A stretch of DNA of 64,000 nt from the human T2T-CHM13v2.0 reference genome, Homo sapiens, in the NCBI RefSeq assembly GCF_009914755.1, contig NC_060929.1. One strand, given 5' to 3'. The notes beneath the pieces were generated by a model. The model was not told the origin of the DNA and made no database searches. It worked only from the letters and a program-made list of their open reading frames with translations. Shown here piece by piece: positions 41,400-54,594 of the stretch (position 1 is the stretch's first letter; each line of letters starts with the position of its first letter). Both the position numbers and the translations under genes were made by a program.

Positions 41400-41511
41400 G
41401 GGAGGGAGGGAGGGAGGGAGGAAGGAAGGAAGGAAAGAAGGGAGGGAGGGAAGGAGGAAGGGAGGGAGGGAGGAAGGAAGGAAGGAAGGAAGGAAGGAAG
41501 GAAGGAAGGAA
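41400..41511. repeat. (GGGA)n/(GGAA)n polypurine microsatellite
   Basis: (GGGA)5 at 41400-41419, mixed units, then (GGAA)10 at 41472-41511. The tract is purine-only on the + strand. Confidence 0.95.
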
Positions 41512-42218
41512 AATTAATTCTCAGGTGGAGTTAATTCAGGTGGATGAAATATCCTGAAGGCAGCTTCTTGAGATAAAATATGATGTATGCCTATCTATCT
41601 GACAATGCTCAAGATCACAGTTAACACCCCTTAGAGTTTACTTGCATTGCCAAATTAGTCCAAGGATCTGGCCACCTACCCTTACTCCATGGTCTTCTTT
41701 AGACCTAGACGTGGATGCATTGACCCAGGTGCTAATCGGACTATCCTTTTCATCTCACCATGTATCATCTCAACAGCTACATTAGGGAGAGTCTTTCTTA
41801 TAGTCAGCTCTAGAAAAGGTACACAAATATCTAATAGATGAACAACCATTTAATTCATACATGGATACCCCTGGGTTGCCTAAGATGGTTTATTAAATGG
41901 AATTTGAGAATTCCAAGTTAATGAGAAGAAACTATAGGTAATATCCAATCACTAGGTCAAGAGGGGATGACAAAAGTCTCAGAAATGCCATACCAGTGGA
42001 TTCTGTGCATAATGGTGGATGAGTAGGAATTTCGAGGACTGTCAGCAGCAAGCCTGAGTCCCCATGCCCATGGGTTTCTCTGAAATAATTCTCAAAACAT
42101 ATCCTTAAAACTGTCTATGTCCATGATAGTTTCCCCCCAGTGCATCTGTTAAGACAGTGAGTGTTGCCCAATTTGCAAGTTGTCCAAGGTATGCACTGGG
42201 GCTTATTTGGGTGTGAGA

Positions 42219-42523
<305 letters not shown>

Positions 42524-42869
42524 AGGGTGTGAGGTCTTACAAGACCACCTTGCAACCAGTAAGCAGGAGGAAACCAGGTTGTGTGGCCCTTGTCGGATGG
42601 AATTTCTCTCTTAAGAATTTCCCATCACAGTTGGAAAAAAATATCATGAGATTTTGTACAGATAAATAAGTCTCCAAACTGCTGGTAATGCAGAACTAGG
42701 TTTAACTGGGGCCCTCAGCTTCCTGACAAAAGCAGGACTCACTTTTGGGTGTTGACTCTTATTCTGCCTTCTGTGACAAACACCAGTTATAATTTTTAAT
42801 TGACTTTACTAGAAGTGTTTAGGAAAAAAATCTGTAATTCTAGTAAATAAGTACTTCAGTCAAGGACTG

Positions 42870-43030
42870 TTCATTATTCAAGATTCAATAAACATTTTCT
42901 GAGTACCTACTCTGGGCACATTCTGTGTTCAGTGTTCTCGGATTAAAAAAAAAATAAACAAGACATGGTCCCTATTCTCAGAGACTGGGAGAGAAACAGG
43001 CATATACAAGTGAATACAATGCAGTGTAGT
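42870..43030 (-). mobile_element. L2 3' end fragment
   Basis: attcaataaacattttctgagtacctactctgggcac...aagacatggtccctattctca. Confidence 0.6.
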
Positions 43031-43049
43031 CAGATGTAGTTTAAAATTC

Positions 43050-43400
43050 TGTTACCTTAGACCCAGCAGGTTTATTTCTAGGAATTTATCCAGAGAAACA
43101 GTGTGCAAAATTATGTTTAAATGAATGTTAATTGTATCATGGTGACTGGCAGCTACATAGGTGCTCAGTGACTGTTTATTGAGTAAATAAATATTATTTT
43201 GAACCATTTTCAAGAGCAGAGATGGGAAATTCTAAATGTAAAACAAAGAGGGTTGGTTAAATATGACATCTACAATTAAAATAATTTGGAGGAATAAATA
43301 TTTGTGAAGAATATTTAATGGCATTAAAAAGAATTCCTAAATATATTGTTAAGTGAAAGAAGCTTACAAAATAATATATGAATTATGATTGTGGTCCTGT
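43050..43400 (+). mobile_element. L1ME-like ancient LINE-1 fragment
   Basis: gacccagcag...ttctaggaatttatcc...ggttggttaaata...atatattgttaagtgaaa...ttacaaaataatatat. Confidence 0.55.
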
Positions 43401-43417
43401 GAAAGGAAAAAAAAAAT

Positions 43418-43418
<1 letters not shown>

Positions 43419-43455
<37 letters not shown>
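43419..43455. repeat. (CA)n microsatellite, about 18 units
   Basis: Read directly from the sequence. Confidence 0.95.
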
Positions 43456-43459
<4 letters not shown>

Positions 43460-43579
43460 GAGAAGCATTCTTATCCTATATGACTAAATCAAGTGATGGT
43501 TGGACTAAAAAAGTAAAGCAAGGAGTCATAAAATTCAGACTATATATATCAAATGTTTTAACTTAAATATAGAAAAATA

Positions 43580-43858
43580 GGCCAGGCATGGTGGCTCATG
43601 CCTGTAATCCCAGCGCTTTGGGAGGCCAAGGCAGGTGGATTGCTTGAGTCCAGGAGTTCGAGACCAGCCTGGGCAGCAAGGCGAGACCCCATCTCTACAA
43701 AAATACAAAAATTAGCTGAGCGTGGTGGCGTATGCCTGTAGTCCCAGCTACTTGGGGTCTGAAGTGGGAAGATTGCTTGGGCCTGGGAGGTCAAGGCTGC
43801 AGTTAGCCATGGTCGCACCACTGCACTCCAGCTTGGGCAGCAGATGAGACCCTGTCTG

Positions 43859-43890
<32 letters not shown>
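43580..43890 (+). mobile_element. AluJ-family SINE with long poly(A)
   Basis: Full dimer with J-type gggaagattgcttg/ggtcaaggctgcag and an A-tail of about 32, followed by (TA)n. Confidence 0.93.
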
Positions 43891-43892
<2 letters not shown>

Positions 43893-44779
43893 ATATATAT
43901 GTATCTATATATATATATATATTTTTCATTAACCTTATGCTACACTGATCTTAAGGGGCAGGGCCAACCTTTCTCTTTGAGTGTGGGATTGTTTCTTTCT
44001 TGCATAAACCACTCCCATTAGGCAGCATCTATGATTTTCTATTTCGGTTCTTTAAAATAGAGCAAGAAATTAAAAGGCTTACAAAGAAGTCTGAATCCTG
44101 ACTCCTTCTAGATGTTTACATGTTCCCCATCATTTTTTTCCAGTTGTATCCATACCTAATTTGACAGCATTGTTTGTAGCAATTTGCATGCATTGAATGT
44201 TTTTCAAAAGACTGAACTTAAGAAAACACTTTGTTTTTACACTATTTTATGAGTTCATGCTATATTTAACTGAATTGTGAAATTAGATTAAAACAAAACT
44301 GGCATAAATAAGTTTGAGAATAAACACAATTTACAGGAGTAGAAGGGGGAGGGTTATTAAAGACTGGCCTACAAGCTGCATGCTATGCATATGTTTATAT
44401 GTTTTACAGAGGAGACAGAGAGTGTGAGCTAATCTAAGTCAACCAAATGAAAGTCCACTGAGGCAGCTTTGGGTGTGTATATTAGCAAAGGAGAGAGAAG
44501 ACAGTGATGGAAAGAATGGAATCTCAATGTTGATAGTGCTTATCTCTGGAAGGGGAAATTATGATGGATTTGTATTCTTTTTCTCTTTTCCTATATTATT
44601 TAAATTCATACAATGAATAAGTATACTTTCAAAAGCAAATTATTCATTTAATTAATTTATTTTTTAATAAATAAGTATTAGAAATAAAAGATGTAATGTG
44701 CCTAGCACTGTGCTATTTGATACAATCAGTGTTTGGGAGGTGGTACGACATATTTGTTAGCAATGCTCTCTTTGTATTT

Positions 44780-45012
44780 GGGTTCCCTGGCCTTGAATCT
44801 CAGCCCTGGCACGTTTTACATGTGTGATTTTGAGAAAGTTCCCTTGAAATTCTCTATAGTGTCCCCGTTTGTATAACTGCAAAATAGAGATAACAGTAAC
44901 AGTGCCTAACAGCCAGGGTTGTTGTGAAGATCAAATAAAGCACATAAAAATCTTAGAAGAGCATGTGATATGTTAAGTGCTTATATGTTAGCTAGGTCTT
45001 GTTTAGTATTAT
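44780..45012 (+). mobile_element. MIR SINE
   Basis: ttgaatctcagccctggcac...tgtgtgattttgagaaagtt...gggttgttgtgaagatcaaataag...taagtgctt. Confidence 0.7.
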
Positions 45013-45151
45013 TTTTCTTATGTCAGAAAAGGGGCTTAATTTCTAAACAGTGAGCCAAAGCTTAGCTCTTCATGTCATTCACAGAAAAAAAAATGCAAGT
45101 AAGTAAATTATTAAGTAACAGCATGTGTGTGCTTGTCCGAATTCTGTGGGA

Positions 45152-45372
45152 TAGGGGTTGGAAAATTATAGTCCATGAGCCATCTAACCACCAGTTGCCT
45201 GTTTTTGTAAATAATGTTTTCTTGGAACATAGCCCTGCCATTCATTTCTTGGCTGGTCCTGGCTGCTTCCTTGCTGCCACAGTGGACAGAGTTGAGTAGT
45301 TGCACCACATGGACTGCAAAGGGTAAAATATTTGCTATCTAGCCTTTTATAGAAAAAATGTGCTGGCCCCTG
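45152..45372 (+). mobile_element. MER58A hAT-Charlie MITE
   Basis: taggggttggaaaa...cctgtttttgtaaataa...cagagttgagtagttgc...aaaatatttgctatct...ggcccctg, with TIR-like ends. Confidence 0.85.
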
Positions 45373-45429
45373 CTGCAAGGGATCCATCAAGGTAGTCTCC
45401 TTGTAGGCTACAGTAAAAAGAGAAAGCTT

Positions 45430-45830
45430 GGTGAGCTAAAGAAGATTTGAAGAGGTGGGAGGAAAGAAAACCCTGAGATATGAATCCACATCATGGATGC
45501 ATGGATTCTGCTGAAACCAACAAGAGCCATTTATGTGGAGGAGAAGTGTTCTGAAAGAAGAAAAAGTTTGGCCAAGTAGGGTAGGAACTAATATGAAGAC
45601 CTTTCTTGACAGCAACAAAAGTATTTTAGGTCTAGTGTGTTGGGCACTGAGCCATTACAGAGTGTTGAACAGGACAAATACAGAGCATGGCTTAAAGGAG
45701 ATTATCTGACAGTGGTATGCACAGGGATTGTAAACCTGTAACTGGAGAGTAACTCGGTACCTGCTAGAGTCATATGGTTGTGAGAAAATAGGGTTTCAGC
45801 AAGAGTGTTAGTGGGAGGGGATAGAAAATT
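45430..45830 (-). mobile_element. L2 fragment
   Basis: gagctaaagaagatttgaagagg...gagccattacagagtgttgaacagg...cttaaaggagattatctgacagtggt. Confidence 0.55.
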
Positions 45831-46465
45831 GAATTTCATATAGTCCTTTAATCCTTATAAGAATGATTTCCCACAGTCTCACGAAGAAAACACTTGGGTT
45901 TTTTTCCCTAGGAATAAGCACAATAGTATATAGTCAACAGCAAAATTTATCATTGTTAGCAGTATAGCACAATTTTTCCTACAAAAGGAATTAAAATGAT
46001 AACTACAAAATGGGATACTTAATCTGGGTGAAAATGTAGAATAGGCTTATGATGCCTTTCTTTGAAAGTCATGTGTGTGTGTGTGACTGCACAAGATTTA
46101 GTTTGGGGAAGCAATCTGAAAACTATCTTACTTCATCAGGATGCCTTCTATAATGGTAAGATCTTACCTTGCCAGTTGTCAACGTCTGATCTGACTTGCT
46201 CTCTACTTAGCCCTTGGCTAATGGTGTAAGCAGCATTAACGCATATCAGGCTGTCACCCAGAGTTCAGAGTTTCTTTAGAGTCCTTTATTGTGGTACAGA
46301 ACATCATGATGGCAATGAGGTGGAAGGAAGAAACTTTTCATTCTAAACATAAAGTGAAAAGAAAAGTATTCTCAGCACACAACCTCTAAAACACCAAGCG
46401 GGCCAGCAGTGGTGAGCGGTAGCTCTGCCTCCTTCCTGGAGGGTGTTTTGTGCTGCATGTTGTAA

Positions 46466-46548
46466 GTAGGGACTAATGTGAAGACCTTTCCCAACAGCCA
46501 CAAAGGTATTTTAGGCCTAGTGTGTTGGGCAACAGGGACCCATCACAG
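46466..46548 (+). repeat. About 80 bp dispersed direct duplicate of 45581-45660
   Basis: The first 66 bp align without gaps, with 8 mismatches. Confidence 0.85.
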
Positions 46549-47474
46549 GCTGTTCATTACTCCAGCCTCCATTGACAAAAAGTCTTTAGCGACTGCAACC
46601 AAGAAGCAACCAAACAACAGAGATAGTATTAGAAGATATATTTATTGTCCTACCAACCAAGAACCTCTCTAGATTTCAATGGGGTTAGGTGAGAGGAGTG
46701 GTGGAGGATCCTCAGTCACCTTGACCATTCATTGTGAGATCCCAAAATGCACTTCTATGGTGTCTAAAATTTCACAAAATTACGTGGGGTGAGAAATGAG
46801 AACATGTTACTTCATATTGTCCTATACACATGACTTTATTAGGGTCTGTCCTTCGTTTGTAGTCTTGGCACTCACTAACTTAGAATCACATTATCTAAGG
46901 CAAAACTACTTAAATAACTGAGTTTTAGGATATGTATCAGTCAGTGGCTCCCCTCTTCGTGTTTGAATCAAGTAACATACCAGAACAAACAAGTCTCAGA
47001 GAGAAAGGCTTTCTGTAACATTTTAGATAAGCCCTGGCATTGCAATCATCTCCTATGGATACTGCTGACAAATTCTGTCCTGTTCCCAGCACAACTTTAG
47101 AGAAGGCTACAACCAGCTGGAGCTGGGTAGTGGGGAGGGAGGAAGGAAACACAGCCACTGTTACATTTGGCCACGAACAGTGTTGAGCCATTTTTCAATG
47201 TACCAAATGTTCTAATAAGGCCACGATCAAGTTCCAGTTGCCTCATGGCAAATCTTAAATATCCCAAATTTGTAGAGAGAAGGGAGAAGTTCCCAAAGCA
47301 TGGAATAAACAACACTGGTGACACTCCGGGTGACTCTAGGTGGTTTACACACTTGGCATTAAGAAGCACTGAATCACACAGCACAAATGTTTTTCACTGA
47401 TTACACTCTATCAGCTCTTCTTACTTTGTCAAGGAGAAAGCCTCTATTTGATCCTAGCATGTCTTACTTCATAA

Positions 47475-48130
47475 CAGTCGATCCTTGTGATTCTTGGATC
47501 CCCTACTTGCTAATTTGCCAACTCACTTAAATTTATTTGTAACCTGAAATCAAAACCCGCAGTGCTCTCACAGTCATTTGCAGGCATGCACAGAGCGGTA
47601 AAAATCTTGAGTTGCCCAACGTGCACAGTCCCAGCTGGAGCCAAACAAGGCAACACTCTGCCTTATTGTGTCAGCTCTCATATCGTAAACAAGTGTCCTT
47701 TCACGGCCTATTTAGTGCCATTTTTCCCACATTTGTGTACTTTTTGTTGGTGATTTTGCTGTTTAAAATGGCCCCTGAGCATATTGCTTGAGTGCTGTCT
47801 GGTGATCCTAAGCACAAGAAAGCCATGATGTGCCTTACAGAGGAAATACATGTGTTGGATGAGTTTCGTTCAGGCCTGAGTTGCAGTGCTGCTGGCCATG
47901 AGTTCACTGTTAATGAATCAGCATTGCATATTAAATATGGTGTCTTTAAACAGAAGCTCACATACAACAAAGCTATGTAATAATTAATTGATAAAAATGT
48001 TGTGCCCAGAGACTCACAGGCACCTAACTCTGTGTTTCCTCTAGGAGCAATGATTCAGTATTCTCTAATTCAGTGTTCACCCTTGCTGACATTGTAAAAC
48101 ATAATTACTGCAAATACTGAGACCCAACTA
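47475..48130 (+). mobile_element. MER82 (TcMar-Tigger) non-autonomous DNA transposon, near full length
   Basis: Begins cagtcgatcc and ends gagacccaacta. The internal aaaatggcccc...cctaagcacaagaaagccatgatgtgccttac...gagttcactgttaatgaatca encodes a decayed CENP-B/Tigger HTH (ORF 47792-47980). Confidence 0.88.
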
Positions 48131-48286
48131 CACTTACATAACACACTGGCAATAGTATTTTTGTAAGAATTTGTCAACACTTTTGTTTCCACTTATTTAT
48201 TTGTTTTTTTGACATTTTTATTATTTGTTCTTGCTGTTACCTTCTATTTATATCACAAATAGCACTTAAAATGTCCCTATGTTACA

Positions 48287-48572
48287 GGCCTGCTGCGGTG
48301 GCTCACGCTTGTAATCCAAGCACTTTGGGGGGCTGAGGTGGGAGGATCATTTAAGCTCAGGAGTTCAAGACCAGTCTGGGCAACATGGTGAACCACCATC
48401 TTTACAAAAAATGCACATGTTAGCTGGGTGTGGTGGCATGCACCTGTAGTTACAGCTACTTGGGAGGCTGAGGTAAAAGGATGGCTTAAGCCTGGGTGGT
48501 CAAATTTGCAGGAAGCTATGATTGCAACACTGCACTCCAGCCTAGGCCCTAAGACATAGAGACAAGGTCTTG
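48287..48572 (+). mobile_element. AluJ-family SINE lacking a poly(A) tail
   Basis: Diverged dimer. TSD-like atgttaca on both sides, with no A-tail. Confidence 0.88.
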
Positions 48573-48792
48573 TAAATTCCATGTTACAAAATAGTGATGC
48601 AAAATTTCCAAATACCTTTATTGGAGCAAAATGTGTTAATACAAAGAAAAAATATTAAGTAAATAATAATAAAGGTACTACAGTATTAAAGCCAAAATAA
48701 TATGTGAAGGAAGTAGGCAAGAAATAAGCTTATGATCCCTGGGATTGGAGAGAGCATTCATTCTTCTCCTTTCTTACTTACTGCCTCCTTAG

Positions 48793-48879
48793 AGTCTAGC
48801 CCTATAGCTGAGAGCGAGTTTAACAGAGGTAATGTGACTTCGTTTGCTGAGAAAAGAAAGAATAAATGAAAGTGATCAG
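48793..48879 (+). other. Candidate non-coding exon A (87 nt)
   Basis: A long pyrimidine tract with a cttac branch-like motif ends ccttag|. The donor CAG|GTGAGT is a perfect match. All three frames contain stops. Confidence 0.4.
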
Positions 48880-49001
48880 GTGAGTATGTGGCCATTCTAA
48901 ACTCAGGCTATAGGCCTCGTAGAGTTTAGAATTTATGAAAATCACAGAAAAGATTAGGAGTTTCCTGCATTGGCCCTAAGTTTCCTTAGAATTAAAAGTT
49001 G

Positions 49002-49289
49002 GGCTGGTCGTGGTGGCTCACACCTATAATCCCAGCACTTTGGGAGGCCAGATGGCTTGAGTCCAGGAGTTCAAGACCAGTCTGGACAACATGACAAAAC
49101 CCTGTCCCTACCAAACATACAAAACTTAGCTGGGTGTGAAGGGGCACACCTAGCTACTTGGGAGGCTGAGGCAGGTGAATCAATTGAGCATGGGAGGTCA
49201 AGGTGCATGAGCCATGATTGCATCGTTGCACTCCAGTCTGGGTGACAGAATGAGACCCTGTGTCCAAAATAAATAAAAAAATAAAAATA
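49002..49289 (+). mobile_element. AluJ-family SINE (tail hosts AluSp)
   Basis: Diverged dimer with internal deletions. The outer TSD taaaagttg at about 48993-49001 and 49610-49618 encloses both Alus. Confidence 0.9.
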
Positions 49290-49601
<312 letters not shown>

Positions 49602-50490
49602 AAAGAAAATAAAAGTTGGCTTCTGAGTTACTGTTAATAATAGAGCTCATTGTTCATCAAACTTGGCCTCTAAAGCAAATCCTGCTTTAGATGGCCCAAG
49701 CAAGCTGGCTCCCTCTTGTTTTATAAAGATGCCCCATGTGCAGCCCTGGGAAGGTGAGATGGGAAGATGCTCTCACCATCCCTCAGTCAAGTCATTGAGA
49801 TCATTTCCAAGTTCAGCTCTTTGCGTCACACTGTCCTTCAACCGGCTTTATTGTAAATGCAAGAGAAGGGAGGTTTTTGGCACTTGGAGCAAAAGATGTA
49901 AAAACAAAAAAATTACAAGGGAGCAGTCAAACAGAAAAGAGAGCAATTAAAGAGACAAAAAGTCCCCTTAGCTGCCTTTTGGGTACTTTTTTGATCTTTT
50001 CACCAAGGAATTAGTAGCTTTTAATTTTCCCCACCTCAGCTTAAAAGAGTGCTGGCAGGAAAGAAATGAACATTATGGGAAGGCTGCTTTGGATTAAAAA
50101 GCAAATGTAGGTGAGACTATCAGGCAGCTGTCAGACTCCATGAACACAGGCCTGCTCGCCCAGCTCAGCAGCCAGGTTATTGCTGGACAACAAAAGTCCC
50201 CAATCTAGAAGCAGTGGCTTTCCTCAGCCTTATTTCTAATAATCAGGTGCATGCCTCCACTTGGCTTGATATTTTCTACAATCGTCTGGCAACTTGCTGC
50301 TTCTGCCACTTAAAAGTGGGGAAGGGGTTGCTTAATTTTTAAAGCACAGTGCATCTGAATTTGAGTGAAAGCTTAGGTCCTTGTTCTCACTGTGGAAGAT
50401 GAAACATTGATTGGCTTCAACTAGAAACAGGTTTTTTTTTTTTTTTCTGTCTTTTGTTTTTGTTTGTGTCTTTTTTCCTCCTTCCCCCAG

Positions 50491-50572
50491 GAGGGTTGTG
50501 TTCAGCAGCACACACCGGGTTCAGCCCACCTAGCAAGTCCAAGGAGAAGGGGTCATGTTCGTCTGGGAGATG
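50491..50572 (+). other. Candidate exon B (82 nt)
   Basis: An acceptor tract of about 55 nt of T/C ends ttcccccag|G. Donor ATG|GTAAGG. Confidence 0.42.
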
Positions 50573-51384
50573 GTAAGGGCCAGGCCTGGGCAGTGAGGGG
50601 CAGGAGTGAGCCGTGTTTGTGGATGATCACTGGATGCTGCAGGGCAGACCCACATGGCACTGGCGGCAGAGCCCACCATTGGGAACCAGAGTACAATATT
50701 TCAGAAGGAAGGGTTTCTGAACCCCGGTTTAACAAGCCCTCTACAGCACCAGTTGCAATCCCCAGGAAACTCGTTAATGCAGTTAGATGCCACGGCAGTG
50801 TGCACTTAAGACAGGGAAGAAGTACAGCTGCTCTTCAGCTCCGCGGATGCCAAAGCAGCTCCTCTGTTCATTAGCCCAGCCTCTTCCTCTATACTGACCT
50901 TATGGAGATGCTGCTGGCCTTCTGAGAACTAGTAGAGACAAGCTTCCAAATCATTGTGTTGTTTTTAGCATTACGAAACCATCAGCCAGTATCTGAAGGG
51001 TTCTTTGCCTACCAGCAAATCGCTTGGTCCTGCTGAGGAATCACACAGATGGTGTGGGAGCCCTGGGCTCCCTCCCAGGGTGCGTGTCTCTCCCCAGGGG
51101 AGCACCCCAAGGTGGCAAGAAGTCCCCCGGGGGGACTTGACCAGGGCCTTGGTCAAGCTTAGAGGTGCAGTGTACCCCAAATACTAATCTGGAATATATG
51201 GAGTATCAGTCAATGTTTGTGACTAAATAAGAGGGAGATTGAGGGATGCTTGGAAGTCACTGAGCCAAGCAGGAGGCAAAGCTAAATGGTCCATCTATTG
51301 ATAACCTTGTGAAATTTTTTGCAATGAAATTAGGTTTAATTTAATTGAGAAAAATGGACAGGGACCCAGCAGTGTCATCGTTGC

Positions 51385-51645
51385 AGCAACAGTTGTAAGC
51401 ATGGGTGCTAGAGTCACTGTCTAATTCAACTTCTGACTTTGTCATTAATGAGTTTTTAGACTTTGGAAAAATTGCTTAATCTCTGCAGCTTCAGTTTTCA
51501 CTTTTGTAAAATGGGGAAAAAAATAGTGATGCCCTGAAGGGGTTTTGTTGTTTTGGGGGGTAAAGAAATAAACAGAACAATGTGTGTGAATATGATTAAC
51601 ACAGAGCCTAGTCCATAGAATGTATGTAGTGAAAGCTCAATGCTT
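51385..51645 (+). mobile_element. MIR SINE
   Basis: gtaagcatgggtgctagagtca...actttggaaaaattgcttaatctctgcagcttcagtttt...tgtaaaatgggg. Confidence 0.75.
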
Positions 51646-53052
51646 GCTGCTGCTTCTCCTCTTCCTCCTCTTCTGTGATTAAATTATTTAAAGCAGGAAT
51701 AATGGTTTTTATAGAAATCATCCCCCTTTCATTTTAGGCTAAGTAGCATACTACAGTCATATGAACCTTAATTGTGATCACACATACAGGCGTAAGCGGA
51801 AAGATAATATAGTTCCTGCCTTCTGGGTGTTTACATTCCTAGTAGTCTCTGCTCACCTGCTTTTAACCTTCTCCAGGATAATGAGTTATGTGACTTTTGG
51901 GTGCCAGGTATATAAAACCATGTTTTCCTGTCAGCCAGCCAGTGACTATAAGAATTCACACATTTGCATTTGTCATTGTAATTCTTTTGTTCCAAAAAGA
52001 GGTGAAAAAAAGGTTAAAAGGAATGTCATCCATTGGAAAGATATATCAAAATGTGTACCCGTATCTCATCAGAACCTCACACAGAATTAAGAGTTTGTGT
52101 TATTTGGGTTTCAATTTAAGGTAGAGAATCAAAAATACCAGTGACAAATGATTTGTGACTCCTACTTAATTTATTCAACTCCAAATGATTTCAATAAATC
52201 TGGGAATTCATCTATATCCTGTTGAATTAAGGTTTTTTTTTTGAATTATTCTCTCTAAATATGCTTAATCTTCATTAATGCAGCCCTGCATGGCATTCTG
52301 AGCCAAAGTGAACTAAGAGGAAAATTTTTTACATTTCTAATTCTTAAAATAGACAGAATTTCTTTTTTTCCTACTACACAGTCTGCCAAGGCATGTATGT
52401 ATAGAGATTTGATGTACTTGTAGAGTTTTTCTCTCTCATTCGCCTATCCTGTTTTATCCTAGCACACTCTCATTTCTGGATATCACGTGATGTGATTTAA
52501 TGTGGTCACTGTATTTTCTTTATTTCTTCCCTTTTTCCTCAGTGCCACAGGAAGATGAATCAATGATCTATTAATATGCATTTCATTTGGGGAAGCTGTT
52601 TTAAGGAAGTTTCTTTCTTCCCTTTTTTTTCCTCCTTGCTCATGTAGCTAATGAAACAATATGCATTTCAATTCCAAGGCTCCCTGGATTCAGACCTAGA
52701 GAGTAGCTAACACACAATTGATTTCTAGTCCTGCAGGAAAAGGGGAAGCAGTAGAGAAATCAGATGGATTGATCGCTGAGAAACAGGACCCATGGGATGC
52801 TTCACTATCATCCATGTCTTGAATGTATGCACAATCCCTTCATCAATAGAGTAATCCCCAGGATAGGAACTTCATAGGGTCCAGATGGTAGTTCAAGTAG
52901 GCAGGTGTGTTAGCCTGTAGTTTGTCCCTCTTCAGGTCTGCTCTGCCATAATAAACTGCCAAAATAAATTTACAAATTCAGACTTTAGAAACTGGCAAAT
53001 CAGAGGTAGAATGTTGAGCAGTGGTGCTGACATTTCCTAAGAGAGCATTAGA

Positions 53053-53257
53053 CAAGGGACAGCAAGCTCAAATGTCCACAAGTACCATGTAGGTTGGTGT
53101 GAGACAGTAAGTGTTAAATAATTTCTGTCCATCCCTCAGGATAGCACCTGCCTACTTACTTTGTGTTATAAAGCATGAGTGGGGTGGGGGAAAAATAGCC
53201 AAATGAAACATATTTATGGGTCATCTTTATCCTAAAACCTGCTATTTGTGGTCCCTG
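53053..53257 (+). mobile_element. MER102-like hAT-Charlie remnant
   Basis: The start caagggacagcaagctcaaatgtccac and the end gccaaatgaaacatatttatgggtc...tttgtggtccctg resemble MER102 termini. Confidence 0.45.
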
Positions 53258-53477
53258 AATTAATACTACTCATCATTTTACAGAAGAAACTCAAAACATG
53301 AGAAATTAAACCTCCTTACCCAATGTGTCACACTCAGAATTTCCCAATCTTTTCACATTTTTTTTTCTGTCTCTGACGCCATGACCAAATGCCATGCTTA
53401 GAGTTCAACTTCTAGTTTTGGAAAACCAGCCTCTAATGCCTCAGGTACCAAGCCTCTGCAGAATGCTATTGTTTACA

Positions 53478-53984
53478 CTATTAGACAGGATTCTCTCTCT
53501 CACAAATGGCAGAGGCTGAACTCCAGCTGGCTTTGGCAAAAATTAAAGGTGAATTCATTACCTCATGACTGAGAAGAATAAGACAATTCTAGCTAACAGA
53601 GTGACTGGACCTATGTTCATCTCTTAGCTCAGTTTTCTCTCTCGGCCTTGTTCTTAAGAAGACCCTCCATTGTAATGACAAGATAAGTTCCAGTATGCCT
53701 AGACTTACATATGTACCTGTTTAAAAACCCAACCAAATTGTCCTAGAGCTTCTCTTTCTTAATGGATACAAACAACACACTCCTAAGATTGAATCTCATT
53801 GAATAACTTAGGTCATGTGCCCTTTCCTAAACCACTGGCTGTGGCCAGGAGAAAGGAATAAACTGACCAGGCTGTGGAAACTCCCCACTGAACCTCCTGG
53901 CCTGGAAATAAGGAGAAAAGATTGAGACCTTGGTCCAAAAAAGGGGATGGGAATCAGGCAGCCAAAAGCAATAATTACCAGTCA
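53478..53984 (-). mobile_element. MLT1K-like MaLR LTR
   Basis: tattagacaggattct...aactccagctggctttggcaaaa...tctcattgaataacttaggtcatgtgccc...ctgtggccagg...aggcagccaaaa. Confidence 0.7.
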
Positions 53985-54204
53985 TGCTTCCACTTCACAC
54001 TCTGTTTGTTCAGAGCCTGTCTTTACCACCCAGGAGCTTTAACTTAGCACATAGGGGTTTGGACTTTGTTGGGCCACATCTCAGAGCTCCCCAAACCTAT
54101 CAGAAGACACACACTGGGAATTAATACAACTTTCTATGACTCAAATGCAAAAAGTTAACCCGTTATAGAATTCTAGGTTTCTCCACTTTTCTTCACTCTT
54201 CTTT

Positions 54205-54480
54205 AACATATGTTACTAAGCACTTAGTAAAATACTAGTCACTTTGCTAGGTATTAAGCACTTAAATACCAGACACTTGACAACATGCTTTATTTTATTC
54301 ATACAACAATCTTGCAAAGCAGAGATGATTATCCCCAGGGGGCAAATAAGGAGCATCTGCTGCTGTTCAAGGTTCTAAACTGTGTTCCAAGGAGCCATGA
54401 GATTCCACACTCAGGAGATGGGGGGACTGGGAGAATCCAAAGTGTAGATCATGAGGCCAAGGCCTGATCTCCATCAGAGC
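54205..54480 (-). mobile_element. MIR SINE fragment
   Basis: tattaagcactt...ccagacact...ttcatacaacaatcttgcaaagcag...ggactgggagaatccaaa. Confidence 0.5.
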
Positions 54481-54594
54481 ACTTCTTTTGTTGGTCTTAC
54501 ATTTTTAAGTTTTCCATACTAATTTTTCTAAAGGCATTGATACTTACATTCTTTTTGTGAAAATCACTTAGCAAGTAATGAAGTTATTTTACTG

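Noticed and set aside
50464-50874. 136 aa ORF as a gene
   Set aside because: It starts at TTG in a polypyrimidine tract and has no recognisable homology. It is better explained as a GC-richer region overlapping a candidate exon.
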